Source of the DNA: Malacoraja senta
Taxonomy: Eukaryota
Direction of reading: 5' to 3'
Length of the DNA stretch: 64,000 nt
NCBI GenBank assembly: GCA_038087875.1
Contig: JAXLNO010004019.1
Coordinates: 1-64,000, forward strand
The notes below the pieces were generated by a model, which was given only the letters and a program-made list of their open reading frames with translations, searched no databases and had not been told where the DNA came from. Positions 35,863 to 48,900 of this stretch are shown here, one piece after another. The translations under genes and the position numbers were made by a program. Every line of letters starts with the position of its first letter. Within the stretch, counting starts at the first letter, position 1.

Positions 35863-36500
35863 TTAGACTATCTGCCCCTTCTCTAATGCTAGCAGCAGAA
35901 TCTTCGCCTCCTTATCTTCCTCTCGCTGGTCATACTTTGTTTTAAATAGGCACAGCAACCCCATCATAACTACCACTGATGTTAGGGCTGATGTAAAGAT
36001 GTGCTTCCATTTCCCAAACCAGGAGTCTAGAAACCCGGTCCAGGAGGTGTCTACTCCGGAGTTCTCGGGCAATTCGATAGACAGGGAGGTGAGACCTGCT
36101 AGGGCTCTCGATACTGACCCATCAGGAGCAGTGTTGTTGGAGATGAAGGTGCAACATTGTTCCCCAAACATTACACACACCCCTCCCTTCTCAGCCAGTA
36201 GCATGTCTAAGGCCATGCGATTTTGCCAGGCCATTAGGCTGGTATCTGTCAGTTGTTCCGCTAATCCTTCAACCGCATCTCGAGTGTAATTTATAAAGCG
36301 TTGTTGATTGTAGTATAGGTAGTTGATCCAGTCCACATTTTTATTAAGTGTGGACCACCAGAAGAGTATGGACTCAAAGCCCGCAGCTATCTGGTTTCTG
36401 GCTTTGAATTCATCGGGTACCCCTCTTGGCACCCCTATCGCATCTATATATATGTGTGTGTTGAAGGGTCTGTCCTTCGGCCCTTTGTATTGTTGTTGCT
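35863..36500 (-). pseudogene. env: Retroviral env, TM subunit remnant
   Basis: IDAIGVPRGVPDEFKARNQIAAGFES, immunosuppressive domain QNRMALDMLLAEKGGVC, CX6CC motif; SU, furin site and part of the anchor/tail are deleted. Confidence 0.92.
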
Positions 36501-36908
36501 AGCCGGGAATAGGTAATGATAACTCTGGCAGGTCGCATCCTTTGGTAGGATGGGATTCGTGAATTGCTGTAGTATACATGACATAGCCCCAGGTGTCCTA
36601 TCCCAATTCAAGGGAAATGGTTCTGGAACCAGCTGAGGCTTAGCAATTGGTGTGTTGCATACTCCTGGCCGTGTACATCATCCAGGCAAGCCAGGTGTTG
36701 GCTCCCTTCCCTCCTGTAGGTATTCCCTCCTCATATAATTGCCTTAATTCTGTTTCTCCTGCTACTATCATTATCTTCAAATCCTTAGGCTCATTCTCCC
36801 TGTTCTATCTGCACATATCCAATACCTACCACTTTCCTGCATTTGAACACTCTGTATGCTTACATAGTTGGGTAACCACCCAACACACGACCCACCAACA
36901 CGAAATCT

Positions 36909-37307
36909 TCATTTTTCCCGCGGGTTCTTGTTAAATATTAAAGTCAATGGTTCCTCTCCTTTGCGCACAGTCCACGGGCTGATATTGTTTGGTGGGGCCT
37001 CCACAGGTCCCTTAAATCGGCTTGCGTGTGTCCACCCTTTTTCTTTTGTTCGTACTGCTGTCTCGGTGATTAGTAACACCAGGTAGGGTCCAGTCCACTT
37101 AGGTTGCAGCTTTTCTTCCTTCCATGATGTTACAAGATCCCAGTCCCCCGCTTTCACAGAATGGATTGGAAAGTCGAGATGGGGACTCTGTGCCAGCAGC
37201 CCCTTGGTTCTTAATTCTGTAATAGAACGAGATACTGCCAGTAAATAGTTCCTTAGGAATACATCATCCCCTTGTATTTGTTGGGACCCCTTCTATCTTT
37301 CCTAAAT
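36909..37307 (-). pseudogene. pol: pol integrase C-terminus, type B
   Basis: FLRNYLLAVSRSITELRTKGLLAQSPHLDFPIHSVKAGDW...WKEEKLQPKWTGPYLVLLITETAVRTKEKGWTH. Confidence 0.85.
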
Positions 37308-40300
37308 AATAAAGACCTAACTTGTTCAACCTTTCTCTGTGTCTTAGTTGCTGAAACCCAGTCAACATTCTAATTGATCTCCTCTGTACTCTCTCTATTT
37401 TGTTGACATCCTTCCTATAATTATGCCTACCAAAATTATACACCATACTCCACAATTGACCTCACCAATACCTTGTACAATTTAACATTACAACCCAACT
37501 TCTATACACAATGCTCTGATTTATAAAGGCCAACACACCAAAATCTTTCTTTACCATCCTATCTTCATGAAATTCCACCTTCAGGGAACTATGTACAGTT
37601 ATTCCTAGATCCCTCTATTCAACTTCATTCCTCAATTCACAATCATTTACCATGTACATTCAATTTTGATTTGTCCTGCCAAGATGTATCATCTCACACT
37701 TATCAACATTAAACCTATCTGTCATGTTTCAACCCATTCTTCCAAATGATCTAAATCTCTCTGTACACTTTTAAAATCTACTTCATTATTCACAACACCA
37801 CCTATCTTAGTATCATCTACATACTTATTAATCTATTTTACCACATCAACATCCAGATTATTGATTCACATGACAAACAACAGTGGACCCAACACACATC
37901 CCCGAGGTACCCTTCTAGTCACTGACCTCCAACCTGACAAACATCCATCCACCATTGCTCTCTGACATCTCCCATACAGCCACTTTTTAATCCATCTTGC
38001 TATTCCTTACTAACCCTTCTTAACCAACCTTATTTCTTTATTGAACCTTGTCAAAGGCCTTACTGAAGTTCATCTAGACAACATCCATCACTTTATTATT
38101 TTTTTTTTAAATTTTTATTTACATTACATTACAACCACATACATTAGTACTCGTCATTTATATCTTCTTACAATTAATGTACTCCATTTATTTTTTACAC
38201 TAGAAAAGGAAAAGATTGAAAAAAAGAAGAAAGTGAAGGAAAAAGTGAAAGTGTAGGAAATGTGACAACAAAAAAGGACGAAGACCCTATAAGAGCAAAA
38301 TTAAAAACAAAAGAAAAAGAGTTAAGAAATAGACCCTAGGAAAGAAAGAGGAAAAAGAGAGAAATAAATATTTTTATGAGCATTACGTAAATGGGACATA
38401 CCAACTCTTCAACTATCATCCCCCCCTTACCTGACCTCAATTTTTTAAATTTTTTTTAAAGTACTTTTGCACCCTATGTTTGTAATAATTCTATAAATGC
38501 AGACCACGTCAGGTGGAAGTGATCTGGTTTACCTGCTAGGAGGAGTCTTATCTCTTCTAGGTGTAATGTTTCAAACATATTTGAAATCCACATATTTATA
38601 GTTGGTATTGGAGCCTTCTTCCAAAATTTTAGAATTAGCTTTTTTCCAATTATTAACCCATAGTCCATTAGTTTCTTTTGAAACACATTTAGTTCTGGAC
38701 CATCTTCCGTTATACCGAAGATAATCCATTCTGCTTTGGGTATCAGTCTTGTTTTAAATAACTTTGTAAAGATTTCAAAAATTTCATTCCAAAATTTTTG
38801 AATTTTTGTACAGAAAACGAATGAGTGCGCTATAGTAGCTTCTTGGGATTGACATTTATCACAAATAGATGATACATTTGGGAAAATGTTATGAATTTTA
38901 GTTTTCGAATAATATAATCTATGTAAAATTTTAAATTGTATTAAAGTGTGTCTTACATTAATCGAGCATTTATGCACGTTTAATAAGTATTCATTCCAAC
39001 TTTCCTTTGAAATTTTAATAGCTAACTCTTGTTCCCAGTCTCTTCTGATACCCTCCGTAGGTGGTATTTGTACATTTAAGATAATATTATACAAATAAGA
39101 TATTAAGTTTGCTGATTCCGCTTTTATCTGCATTGCCTCGTCCAATACATCTACTGGGTTATTATAATGATCTTTTGTATATTTTTTCAAATAGTCGCAT
39201 ATTTGAAAATATTTAAAATATTGATTATTTCCGAGTTTATATTTTATTTGTAATTGTTGAAATGAAAGTAATTTTCCAGTTTCATACAAGTCACCAAGCG
39301 TTTTAATTCCTAATCTATCCCATTGTGTATAAGCTTTATCTATAATAGAAGGATTAAACGAAGGGTTATTGACTATAGGTAATAAAAGTGATAAATTTCT
39401 TAATTTTAAATTTTGTTTTATTTGTTTCCAAATTCGGATTGTACTATGAATAATTGGGTTCTTATTATAATTTATGTTATTCAGTTTCATTGGAGAGAGG
39501 AGGATCGCTCCAATGTTTCTAGAGGAGCAATCCTCTTTCTCCATTACAATCCAGTCCACTTGCTGGGCGGAGTTATCCATCAGTTGAATCATATTTTTAA
39601 TATTTACTGACCAATAATAATACATAAAATTAGGTAGTGCTAGACCCCCTAATACTTTAGGTTTATTCAGATGAGTTTTTTGTATTCTATGTGATTTATA
39701 GTCCCATATAAAATTAGTGATATCTGAGTCGAGTTTTTAAAAAAAACTTCTTTGGTAAGTATATAGGAATTGATTGAAATAGGTATAAAATTTGTGGTAA
39801 AAAGATCATTTTTATTGCGTTTATTCGGCCTATTAAAGACATCGGGAGCGTTTTCCAGAATTTAATTAGTGTGTTTAATTTATTAAGTAAGGGGTCAAAA
39901 TTGGCCCTAAACATACCTTGATATGATCTGGTAATTTCGATTCCCAAGTATTTAAATTTTTCTATAGCTATTTTAAAAGGGAATTTTAAAAGATGTGTTG
40001 AATCTTTCGGTTTTATTGACATAATTTAACTTTTATTCCAATTTATTCTATATCCAGAAAAAGATCCAAAGTCTTCAATTAAATTTAATATATTTGGTAT
40101 AGTGATTTGAGGTTTTGTAATGTACAGTAATATATCATCCGCGTATAAAGATATTTTATTATATGAATCTTTAGTATTATATCCATGGATATCAGGGTGT
40201 ATTCTATTTTTTTCTGCTAGCGGTTCAATAATGAGAGCAAACAGCTGTGGTGATAATGAGCATCCTTGTCTATTTCCCCTTGATAGTTGGAATTTCGAGG

Positions 40301-42318
40301 ATAATATGTTATTAGTTAGTATTCTAGCTGTAGGTTTTGTTATATAGTAACTTGATCCATAGAATAAAATTCTCCCCCAGTTGAAATTTTTGTAATACTT
40401 TGTCCATATAATTCCATTCTACTTGATCAAATGCTTTTTCAGCATCCAGCGAAATAATTGATAATTCTTGATCCTCAGATTTGTGTGAGTGCATTATGTT
40501 GAGTAGACGTCTCATATTGTTAGATGAGTATCTCTTGGGGATAAACCCCGTCTGATCTGGGTTTATTAATTTACTAATGTATTTACTTAATCTTCTAGCT
40601 AATGTTTTCGCTAATATTTTTTGATCTGTGTTTAACAATGCTATAGCTCTATATGAACCAGGTGCTTCTAAGTCTTTATTTTTCTTAGGTATTAATGTAA
40701 TCGTTGATTCCGCTAATGTATCAGGTAGTATTCGTTTTTTAAAAGCATATTGGTACATTTTTTGTAATCTTGGTATTATTTTATCATAAAAGCTTTTATA
40801 AAATTCATTAGTAAATCCGTCAGGGCCTGGTGTTTTTCCATTCTTTAGTGAGTTTATTGTATCTTCTAATTCCTTAATTGAGATTTGTGCACCCAGTTCC
40901 TCTTGTTCCTTCAGCTCTAACTTTGGAAGATTACAGGTGATATTATTGGAATCAATTGTCGTTTTAGATGTATACAAATTCTCATAAAATTGCGCAAATC
41001 TATTATTAATATCCTTTGGTGTTGTTAATAATTCCCCTTTATCTGATTTGATCTTTGGTATAGTATGTTCCTTTTCTCGTTTTTTTAGCTGGCGAGCCAA
41101 AAGTTTATGCGGTTTATCCCCAAATTCAAAATGCTCTTGTTTTGTAATTTGAAAAAGTCTTATAAGTTTGGCAGATAATAATTTATTTAATTTAAATTTC
41201 AAAATTATTATTTTATTATGTTTATCTATTGATGGATCTTTAGCATTATCTATATCCATTTGTCTAATAAGTTCTTCTAACTGTCTTTGTTCATTCTTAT
41301 TCTTTTTATTTTGAAAAGCTTGATATGAAATTATAATACCCCTAATGTATGCTTTAAAAGATTCCCATAATACAGTAGGCGATATATCTGGAGTATCATT
41401 TATTTGAAAAAAGACCTCCATTTGTTCTTTTAAATATATACTCGCTTGTGGATCTTTTAGAATTTGAGAATTAAATCTCCAAAACGATTTATTCTTAGAC
41501 AATCCTTCCAGTTTTAAAAAGAAAGTTAGTGGAGAATGGTCTGAAATCGAGTTTGTGTGGTATATTGCATTAGATGTTTGGGGGATTAATTTTGTATCCA
41601 GCAGAAAGTAGTCTATACGTGAGTATGTCTTATGTACCATTGAGTAAAACGAGTATTCCCTGCCAGTTGGATTAACAATTCTCCAAACATCTGCTATATT
41701 AGTGTTTATATAGGTATTGAGAAGTTCACCAGTTTTCGATTTCATATTCCCTCTCTGTTTTTGACTTGATTTATCTAAGTACGGATCTAAAACACAGTTA
41801 AAGTCTCCTCCTATTATAACATTTTGATAGTTTGACTCTGCAATTATGTTGAAAATGTTATTGAAAAAGTGGGGGTTATCAAAGTTAGGGGCATATATAT
41901 TTACCAAAGTAAGTGGAGTGTCATGGATTTCTCCATTAACTATTAGGTATCTCCCTTCTATATCTGTTATAATATTCTTTGCTTTAAATGGTATACCTTT
42001 TCTTATGATGATTGACGTGCCTCTAGATTTTGAAGTAAATGAAGAATGGTATGTTTGACCTATCCATTTCGCCCTCAACCTAACTTGATCCTGAGATTTT
42101 AGGTGTGTGTCTTGTAGGAAGGTAATGTCGGAGTTGTACAATTTCAGCTCTTTACCCTCATCAATTTCCCTAATAACCTTTTCAAAAAATTCAAGATTAG
42201 TCAAACATCACAATCACAAATCCATGCTAATTCTTCCTAATCCTACCCTATTTATCCAAATTCTTATATATTGTCTTAAGTATCCTTTCCATTATTTTGC
42301 CCACCACTGATGTCAAAC
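37308..42318 (-). mobile_element. Hypermutated CR1 fragment inside the provirus (37308-38095 and 42150-42318), split by an L1
   Basis: Colinear with CR1 60470-61440; lacks both the 3' tail and a TSD; many substitutions at G and C. Confidence 0.85.
38096..42149 (-). mobile_element. 5'-truncated L1-type LINE (ORF2 with few frameshifts)
   Basis: ORFs 40324-42204, 39714-40022 and 38474-39625 cover endonuclease, RT and Cys domain; poly-A end at ~38096; short TSD CTTTA at 38091-38095 and 42150-42154. Confidence 0.92.
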
Positions 42319-42399
42319 AACGTTCTTGTTCAAACTCTACTCTTTTCTCACATCTTTGTCCTCCTGTTCACTTACCTCAGGGCTATTATCTATTCGTAC

Positions 42400-42900
42400 C
42401 TGCGGGACAGCCCTCAGGTATTATTGAAATGGTACCAGGTATATCAACCTTCTACCTGAACATCGGTCGGTAGTTTAGAAAACTCATACATACACCTTGT
42501 CTTCAGGTTTAAAGGGTCCTTCCTCCTGGTCCACCTCCAACAGCTTTTACTTTTCCTGTTCATAAATAGACTTGTATATCATAATTAACTGTTTCATATA
42601 CTTTTTAAATTCTATCTTTAACTGTTCCAAACTCGGTCTCTTGTAGGGACCTCTCCATTGTGCCACCTGCTCGGTTAGTTTGCATGCAACATCTCTTCAG
42701 TGCCAATGGCAGGGCATCGATCCAATTCAACTTTGTAATTAAACAAATCTTATTTATATTAACCTTCAATGTTCCATTTATTCTTACATACCCAAATGTG
42801 TATTTTACTCTAAGGGTCTCTATCGCCAATTTAGCTACTCCCTAAATGAAAACAATCCGTTGTCAAAGCTGATTTCTGTTGGTCTACCAAACCTCTTAAT
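42400..42900 (-). pseudogene. pol: pol integrase core and C-terminus, type A (decayed)
   Basis: IKRFGRPTEISFDNG, INGTLK...TKLNWIDALPLAL, YMKQL...GPFKPEDKVYV with stops and deletions. Confidence 0.75.
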
Positions 42901-44810
42901 TACCTTATTCATCATAAACGACACTACAGGGCTTATACCAAATCTAGTCTGAACTATATCCTGCCTTTAAATCCCTTTCTCTCTTGGGGACCCCAGTCCT
43001 GTTAGGGCTTATATCCAGATTAATTTCACTCCTGATAGGACCTTTTGAGGAAACGTACCCCAAAGACATTCATTATTGGCATGTAATTCTCTGGCCCTGC
43101 TTGGTTCCGTCATAGGACTCACTTAGGTCCATTGTTTATTGACAACACCTCCTCCTGCTGGTTTGCAAGTCTTTTTCCTATCTTTGCGATATTTCTCGAC
43201 CGCAGAGACCAACTGTTCGCTGAATCTGCTTGACTTTAAGAAGAATGACATCCACCACAGTAGTTCATAATATAATGTTCATCAATCAACTCTCCACCTT
43301 TTCAGCTGGTTTTCCAGATAGGCTATTTGCCTTTCCTTCTTGTGTATCTCCCCTTTGTTCCTTGGGGTTCCTCTTAAGTGGGTAACATTGTCTGAGGGTC
43401 TGCCATACCCTCTGCCTGACTGTGTCAAACAGTATGCCATTGCTTGTTACATTGTTCGCATCAGTTTATACCATCCATCTTCAGTAGTTCTGTCACTTTA
43501 GTGGTTCCTATCACTTTTACCAACAGTGCCTTCAAATCTTCCATGATCAATAATCGTCCCACGTTCTCCTCCAAAGCCCTAATCCATTTCCTACCCCATC
43601 AGGGATATAGGGTGAGGTATTTTTTAGCCCTTTCAGTTTATGGGTGCCCCAAGGGATAATCCGTGTCTGTCCTTCTCTTTTCTCTTTAAAGCAGTCTCAT
43701 CACTTTATCCCAATGCTTCCAACTTTAATCCTTTCTGGTATGCCTTCCTTCTAATTCTAAACTCAATTTCTTGCTTCTCAAATATTCTAGCCTCCTTGCA
43801 AAAATCTTCCACTGACTCCTCCTGCTTTATTACTTTCACGCCTGTTGTTTTTCTACTTCTGTTATCTTCTAACTGCCTCTCTCTCCTTTCTTTCTAAACT
43901 TGAATGTTTACCAATTAACTTATTTCCAATTATTTCAATCCATATTCACCACTATTTTAAATGTCCAATTCCTAGCACTAGTAACAATTTTCCAAATTAT
44001 CTTTACTGACTAGAAATCTAAAAGAACATCAGAAAAACCAAAAGCTGGTTTCACAACTTCCCCTTCTAGGTTAAGGCCAACAAACAATTAAACGTTATCT
44101 TACAGCTGTTCGTCGCCTTTCACCATGACCTGATTTATTTAAAGGAACATGCACCTACCTACAGTGAACATTTTTGATTTTAATAAAACTTACTTACTTA
44201 CTCTTACAATGTGGTCTACAAATACAATAAACAAAATAATTATCACATATATAAACTTCCTCTTTCATTCCCAACCGGTTTTTACACACAAATCACATTC
44301 GTTCCATTCTTACTTCAAATAAATGCAACATCTTTTACATGTATTAAAACTCAATATAACAGAATCAAATCATTTTTGTCTTCTTCAATCCCTGGGTATT
44401 TCTCTGCCCCCAGAGGCTCAGTATTCGCCCCAACGGACTATCAGGCAGAATGCGGGGTCGGGCTTACTGCCCTTCCCCTCCCTTTTGGGCTCTCCGTTTT
44501 CATTGCCCATCCTCCCGAGCGGAATTTTTCCCCCGATCTTCCTCCCGATCGGAATTTCCCCCCGATCTATTTGCCCCCGATCTATTTAATCGCCCGAGTA
44601 GTACTTAATAGTCAGTTTTCTTACCAGGGTCTTGTGCACAAGAATCACTCGATTTGGCTCCTTCACGATTTCCAACTACTCCCACTTCTTTGCTGAGTCT
44701 CTGTTCAGGGATACCACTCGCCCAAACCGCTGACGACAATCTAGGGGTCTGGGACCGCTGAAATCAACGGGGTGCACTGTCCCTTCTTCCGTATACCGTC
44801 GTCAGCCGGA
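42900..44810 (-). pseudogene. ERV leader and gag-region remnant, strongly C-depleted on the sense strand
   Basis: Positioned between PBS and integrase; weak MHR-like KQEESVEDF near 43800; many stops. Confidence 0.45.
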
Positions 44811-44816
44811 GTGGGG

Positions 44817-44835
44817 GTCCCGAGACGAGCCCCCA
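44817..44835 (-). promoter_or_regulatory. Primer binding site, tRNA-Pro type
   Basis: TGGGGGCTCGTCTCGGGAC, 5 nt inside the 5' LTR, versus canonical Pro PBS TGGGGGCTCGTCCGGGAT. Confidence 0.85.
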
Positions 44836-44840
44836 AAAAT

Positions 44841-45382
44841 TGTAAGATTCAAAATCACAAACGCTTTTAGAGACAAAGTCGGCAAAGAAGCTTTTTATTC
44901 AAATAATATTCTGCAGAATAGGTGCCTCTCCTCTGATGTCCCCTAGAGGCACACCGAGGATCGGGATGTCTTCTATCTTTATACATTTCATGGGTATCAT
45001 TGTCACACCCTCATCCCTCCCCATTGTGCTTCTTCCAATCATAACATAAAGCCCACATTCCCACGAGAACGTCCTGGAACGTCCACCCGACGTCAAAGAC
45101 ACCTCCCATATCATGCATCGCATGTGCATTTAAATGAGACATCTTGTCATAGTGGGTGTGTGTACATATTCATGTAAGTTCATTTACCATGCGCACAGAG
45201 TGTTTCTTATGACCCTTACCCTAGTTCTATCCTGGACGGTCTCCTTATCTTCTCTGTTCTCATCCTTGAAAAAGTCACCATCTGTACTCGTTCTTCACTC
45301 CCCCTATCCTCCCTACTATACTCCCTACTATACAAAGGGTTCTTGTCTAAATCAACTTATACCTATTAACCCCTTCCTCACA
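44841..45382 (-). repeat. ERV 5' LTR (542 bp)
   Basis: TG...CA ends; adjacent PBS; carries a CTCCCTACTATA duplication. Confidence 0.93.
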
Positions 45383-45985
45383 ATACTCAACACCCACCTG
45401 ACGTTACCGGACGGACATCGTTACCTCACAGAGAACAAATGGAACTTTAAATTGTTTTACTTAAGGACTAATGAAAGCTGATAATGATAGTCGAGCAAGT
45501 TTTTTTTATTGCTATTGATATATAACATTTATATTTTAGTACTAATTACTACTAATTATGATTACTAATTATTACTAATTATTATTAATTGGAGCCACTT
45601 AGAATTAGTTCAAAATATGAATTATAAGTAAGGTTTGATTCAGGCAATTTATTAATAATTTTTTTTTTTTTTTAATACTATTGACCAATTATCGATTCAT
45701 ATTTTTTTAATATGAGACTAATATTTTATCTTGAGAATAATAACTTTTTCACTAACAGATTATAAATATTTTGGACCTAAAAATGTCTTCCCCCTTCCCT
45801 ACAAATTGTTATTATTGAAACTTTTTTTAAAGAAAAGCATGGAGCTGGTATTATTATTTTTTTTCCAAAGGCTACGGAAGTCTTTAGATGGCTAGCCACA
45901 TTAGTGTGGCTATCACTAACTACACCAACTATAGATGTAGTTTTTTCTCTTCTTTTACACTTTATTAACCATTTATTCTTTCACC

Positions 45986-48900
45986 TTTTTTTATTTAAAT
46001 CTTTTTATTTGAATTTCACGTCAATTTACAAACATACAATAATAACAGACAGTAACAATCAAGGCATAATTGTACAACAGTATGTAAGCGATCCTCAAAA
46101 CCCTTACCCTTACCCACCTTCAACCCACCCAAGTCAGGTTGGAGCCAAACGGGGACAAACAACACTCACATACGTACACATCCACACACAAATGGTGGAA
46201 TAGACAAAACAAAATGTGCTATATAAAAATTTAAAAATATATATATATATCTAAATAAATAATTGTAGGGAGGGGGGGGGTTAAGGGGAAAGCAGCTGCT
46301 GTAGAACAAAACGATGATGGAGAACACTCAGTCCTCTTCCGAGTCCGGGGACAAGGTAAGAGAGTTAACCAGTTCAAAGAAAGGGTTCCATGTATCTAGG
46401 AATGTCTTGGTAGAGCCTTTGAGAGAGAACCTAAGTTTTTCAAGTTTCAGATTGTAAATCACCTCCTTAATCCAACGGGCATGTGTCGGGGGACAGATAA
46501 GCCTCCAACTAAGCAAGATCAGTCTCCGGGCTAACAAGGTTGTAAAAGCTAGGACCCGTTTCACCGCAACAGAGAGGTTAGTATTGGGAGGGGTACCGAA
46601 AATAGCTGACATTGGATTTGGAAGAATAGTCTGGTCGTAAGCTCTGCTTATCAATTCAAAAGAACTCCAAAAGGCTGCTAGCTTAGGGCAAGGCCAAAAC
46701 ATGTGGCTATGGTTGGCAGGAGATTGACTACATCTGTTACAGGTGTCATTAACAGCTGGGTACATTCTAGCTAATCTTGCATTTGTGTAGTGGACTTTGT
46801 AAAGGACTTTGCATTGGATTAGGCCATGACGAGCACATATGGAAGAAGAGTGGATCAAATCCAAGGCAGAGTCCCATTGCTGGTCTGTTAATTTCGTATT
46901 CAGCTCTCCCTCCAACGCAGCTTTTAATGAGGTATGAGGTTTCAATAAAACCGACCCTAGCAAATTATACAAAATAGAGATGCATTTCTTCCGATTGGGG
47001 TCTAAAGCTAAGATGATATCAGTCAGGGTTTCAGGAGGGCGATTTGGGAAGTAGGGAAATGTCTTCTTCACAAAATCCCTAATCTGGAAAAACCGAAAAA
47101 GGTGATGTTTGGGAGGTTGTAGTTAGACCAGAGCTCCACGAAAGATGAGAAGATGCCATCCTTATATAGGTTTTTAATACTACTGATGCCATTGCTATGC
47201 CAGGTTTTAAATGCGTGGTCTATACTTGAAGGTTTAAAAATGTGATTTTTAAGCAGTGGGGTCAAGATGGAAGGACCCTGTAAACCGAGGTTTTTCCTAA
47301 ATTGACTCCATATCTTGAGCGAAAGGGACACAATTGGGCCTGCACCCACAGATGTTATAGAAAGGGGGAGTTGGGAGCATAGGACAGACCGCAACGGGAG
47401 ACGTGAACTCGCCTTTTCCATATAAAGCCTGATCGGTGGGTGCTCGCAATCATCATTCATCCAATACAGGAGTTTTTGCAAGTTAGCTGCCCAGTAGTAT
47501 TGCCTAAAATCAGGGAGGGCCAAACCGCCATCACTCTTAGGCGACTGCAGTATCGCCTTTCGGATTCTGACCGGTTTGCTACCCCATAAGAATTTAGATA
47601 TTGTCCTTTCTAAGTTGTCAAAAAAAGATTTGGTGATAAGTATGGGGACATGCTGGAAAAGATACAGGAATTTGGGTAGGACAACCATCTTAACCAGATT
47701 TATCCGGCCCACGAGGGATAGCGGTAAGACTGACCAGCGATCAAAATCTTTTTCGGCTTTCTCAACCAGAGGCAAAAAGTTTGTGCGGAACATATCAGAT
47801 AAGGGTATTGTGATAAAAACGGTGAGATAGCGAAACCCATCCTCTGCCCTTTTGAATGAGGTTAAAGAGCGAGGGAGCTGCTTAGCCGGTAAGTTAATCG
47901 GTAATAGCTCACTCTTTTGGTAGTTAAGTTTATAACCAGAATATGCACCAAACCGTTCTAAAATATTCATAATCACAGGGAGAGAACTGACTGGGTTCGA
48001 GCAGGTCATCCGCATACAATGAGACTTTATGAGTTGTGTCAAACCGTGTAATACCTTTAAAGCCCTTCTCTGCGCGTAACCAGACCGCCAGGGGTTCTAT
48101 CGCGACAATAAACAAGAGTGGAGATAGTGGTACCTGTCTGGTACCTCTCTGAAGTGTGAAGTGGGGCGACAGTATGTCGTTTGTTTGTACTGAGGCCACC
48201 GGGGACGAATATAATAGGCTCACCCAGAGAATAAAACTGTTTCCGAGGCCAAACCTATCCATCGCCTCATATAGGTACCTCCACTCGACCCTGTCGAAGG
48301 CCTTTTCGGCATCGAGGGAGACCACCATCTCCGGGGTCTCATTACTCGAAGAGTGAATGATGTTAAGGAGACGCCTAGTATTATGGGAAGACTGTCGGCC
48401 AGGTACAAACCCCGTTTGATCCAACGAGATAATAGAGGGCATCACTCGTTGAAGACGAAGCGCAAGGGCTTTAGAAAGGATTTTGAGGTCCACATTCAGT
48501 AGTGAGATTGGTCTATAGCTACTACAAAGCAGGGGATCTTTCTCCTTTTTAAGAATTAGGGAGATGGTAGCCCACGACAAGGTGGGCGGTAGGCGACGAT
48601 GTAAAAACGCCTCATTGTACATATCTCTCAGGACTGGTGCGAGGAGGTCAGAGAAAGCTTTGTAATATTCTACTGAGAAGCCGTCAGGGCCGGGTGACTC
48701 CGCTTTGCAGCGATGTGATGGCTGCTTGGACCTCAGCTACAGTTATGGGACCACCCAAGTCTCTCATGGCTTCTTCGTCAATTCGGGGAAGCGTCATACT
48801 GCTGAACATGTCACCTGCAGTGGGCGGACAGTCGGAAGTGTATAGTTCAGTGTAGAATTTAGCAAATGCTTCATTAATTCTGCGAGGATCAGTATGAGTC

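Larger units (their letters stand above)
35297..45382 (-). mobile_element. Defective endogenous retrovirus provirus (epsilon/ERV1-like)
   Basis: Paired LTRs, 5-bp TSD ATACT (35292-35296 and 45383-45387), PBS, PPT, integrase and env remnants; no RT, RNase H or protease seen. Confidence 0.92.

Noticed and set aside
35863-36500. env as a possibly co-opted (syncytin-like) gene
   Set aside because: No signal peptide, SU or furin site; an upstream in-frame stop and a truncated anchor region.
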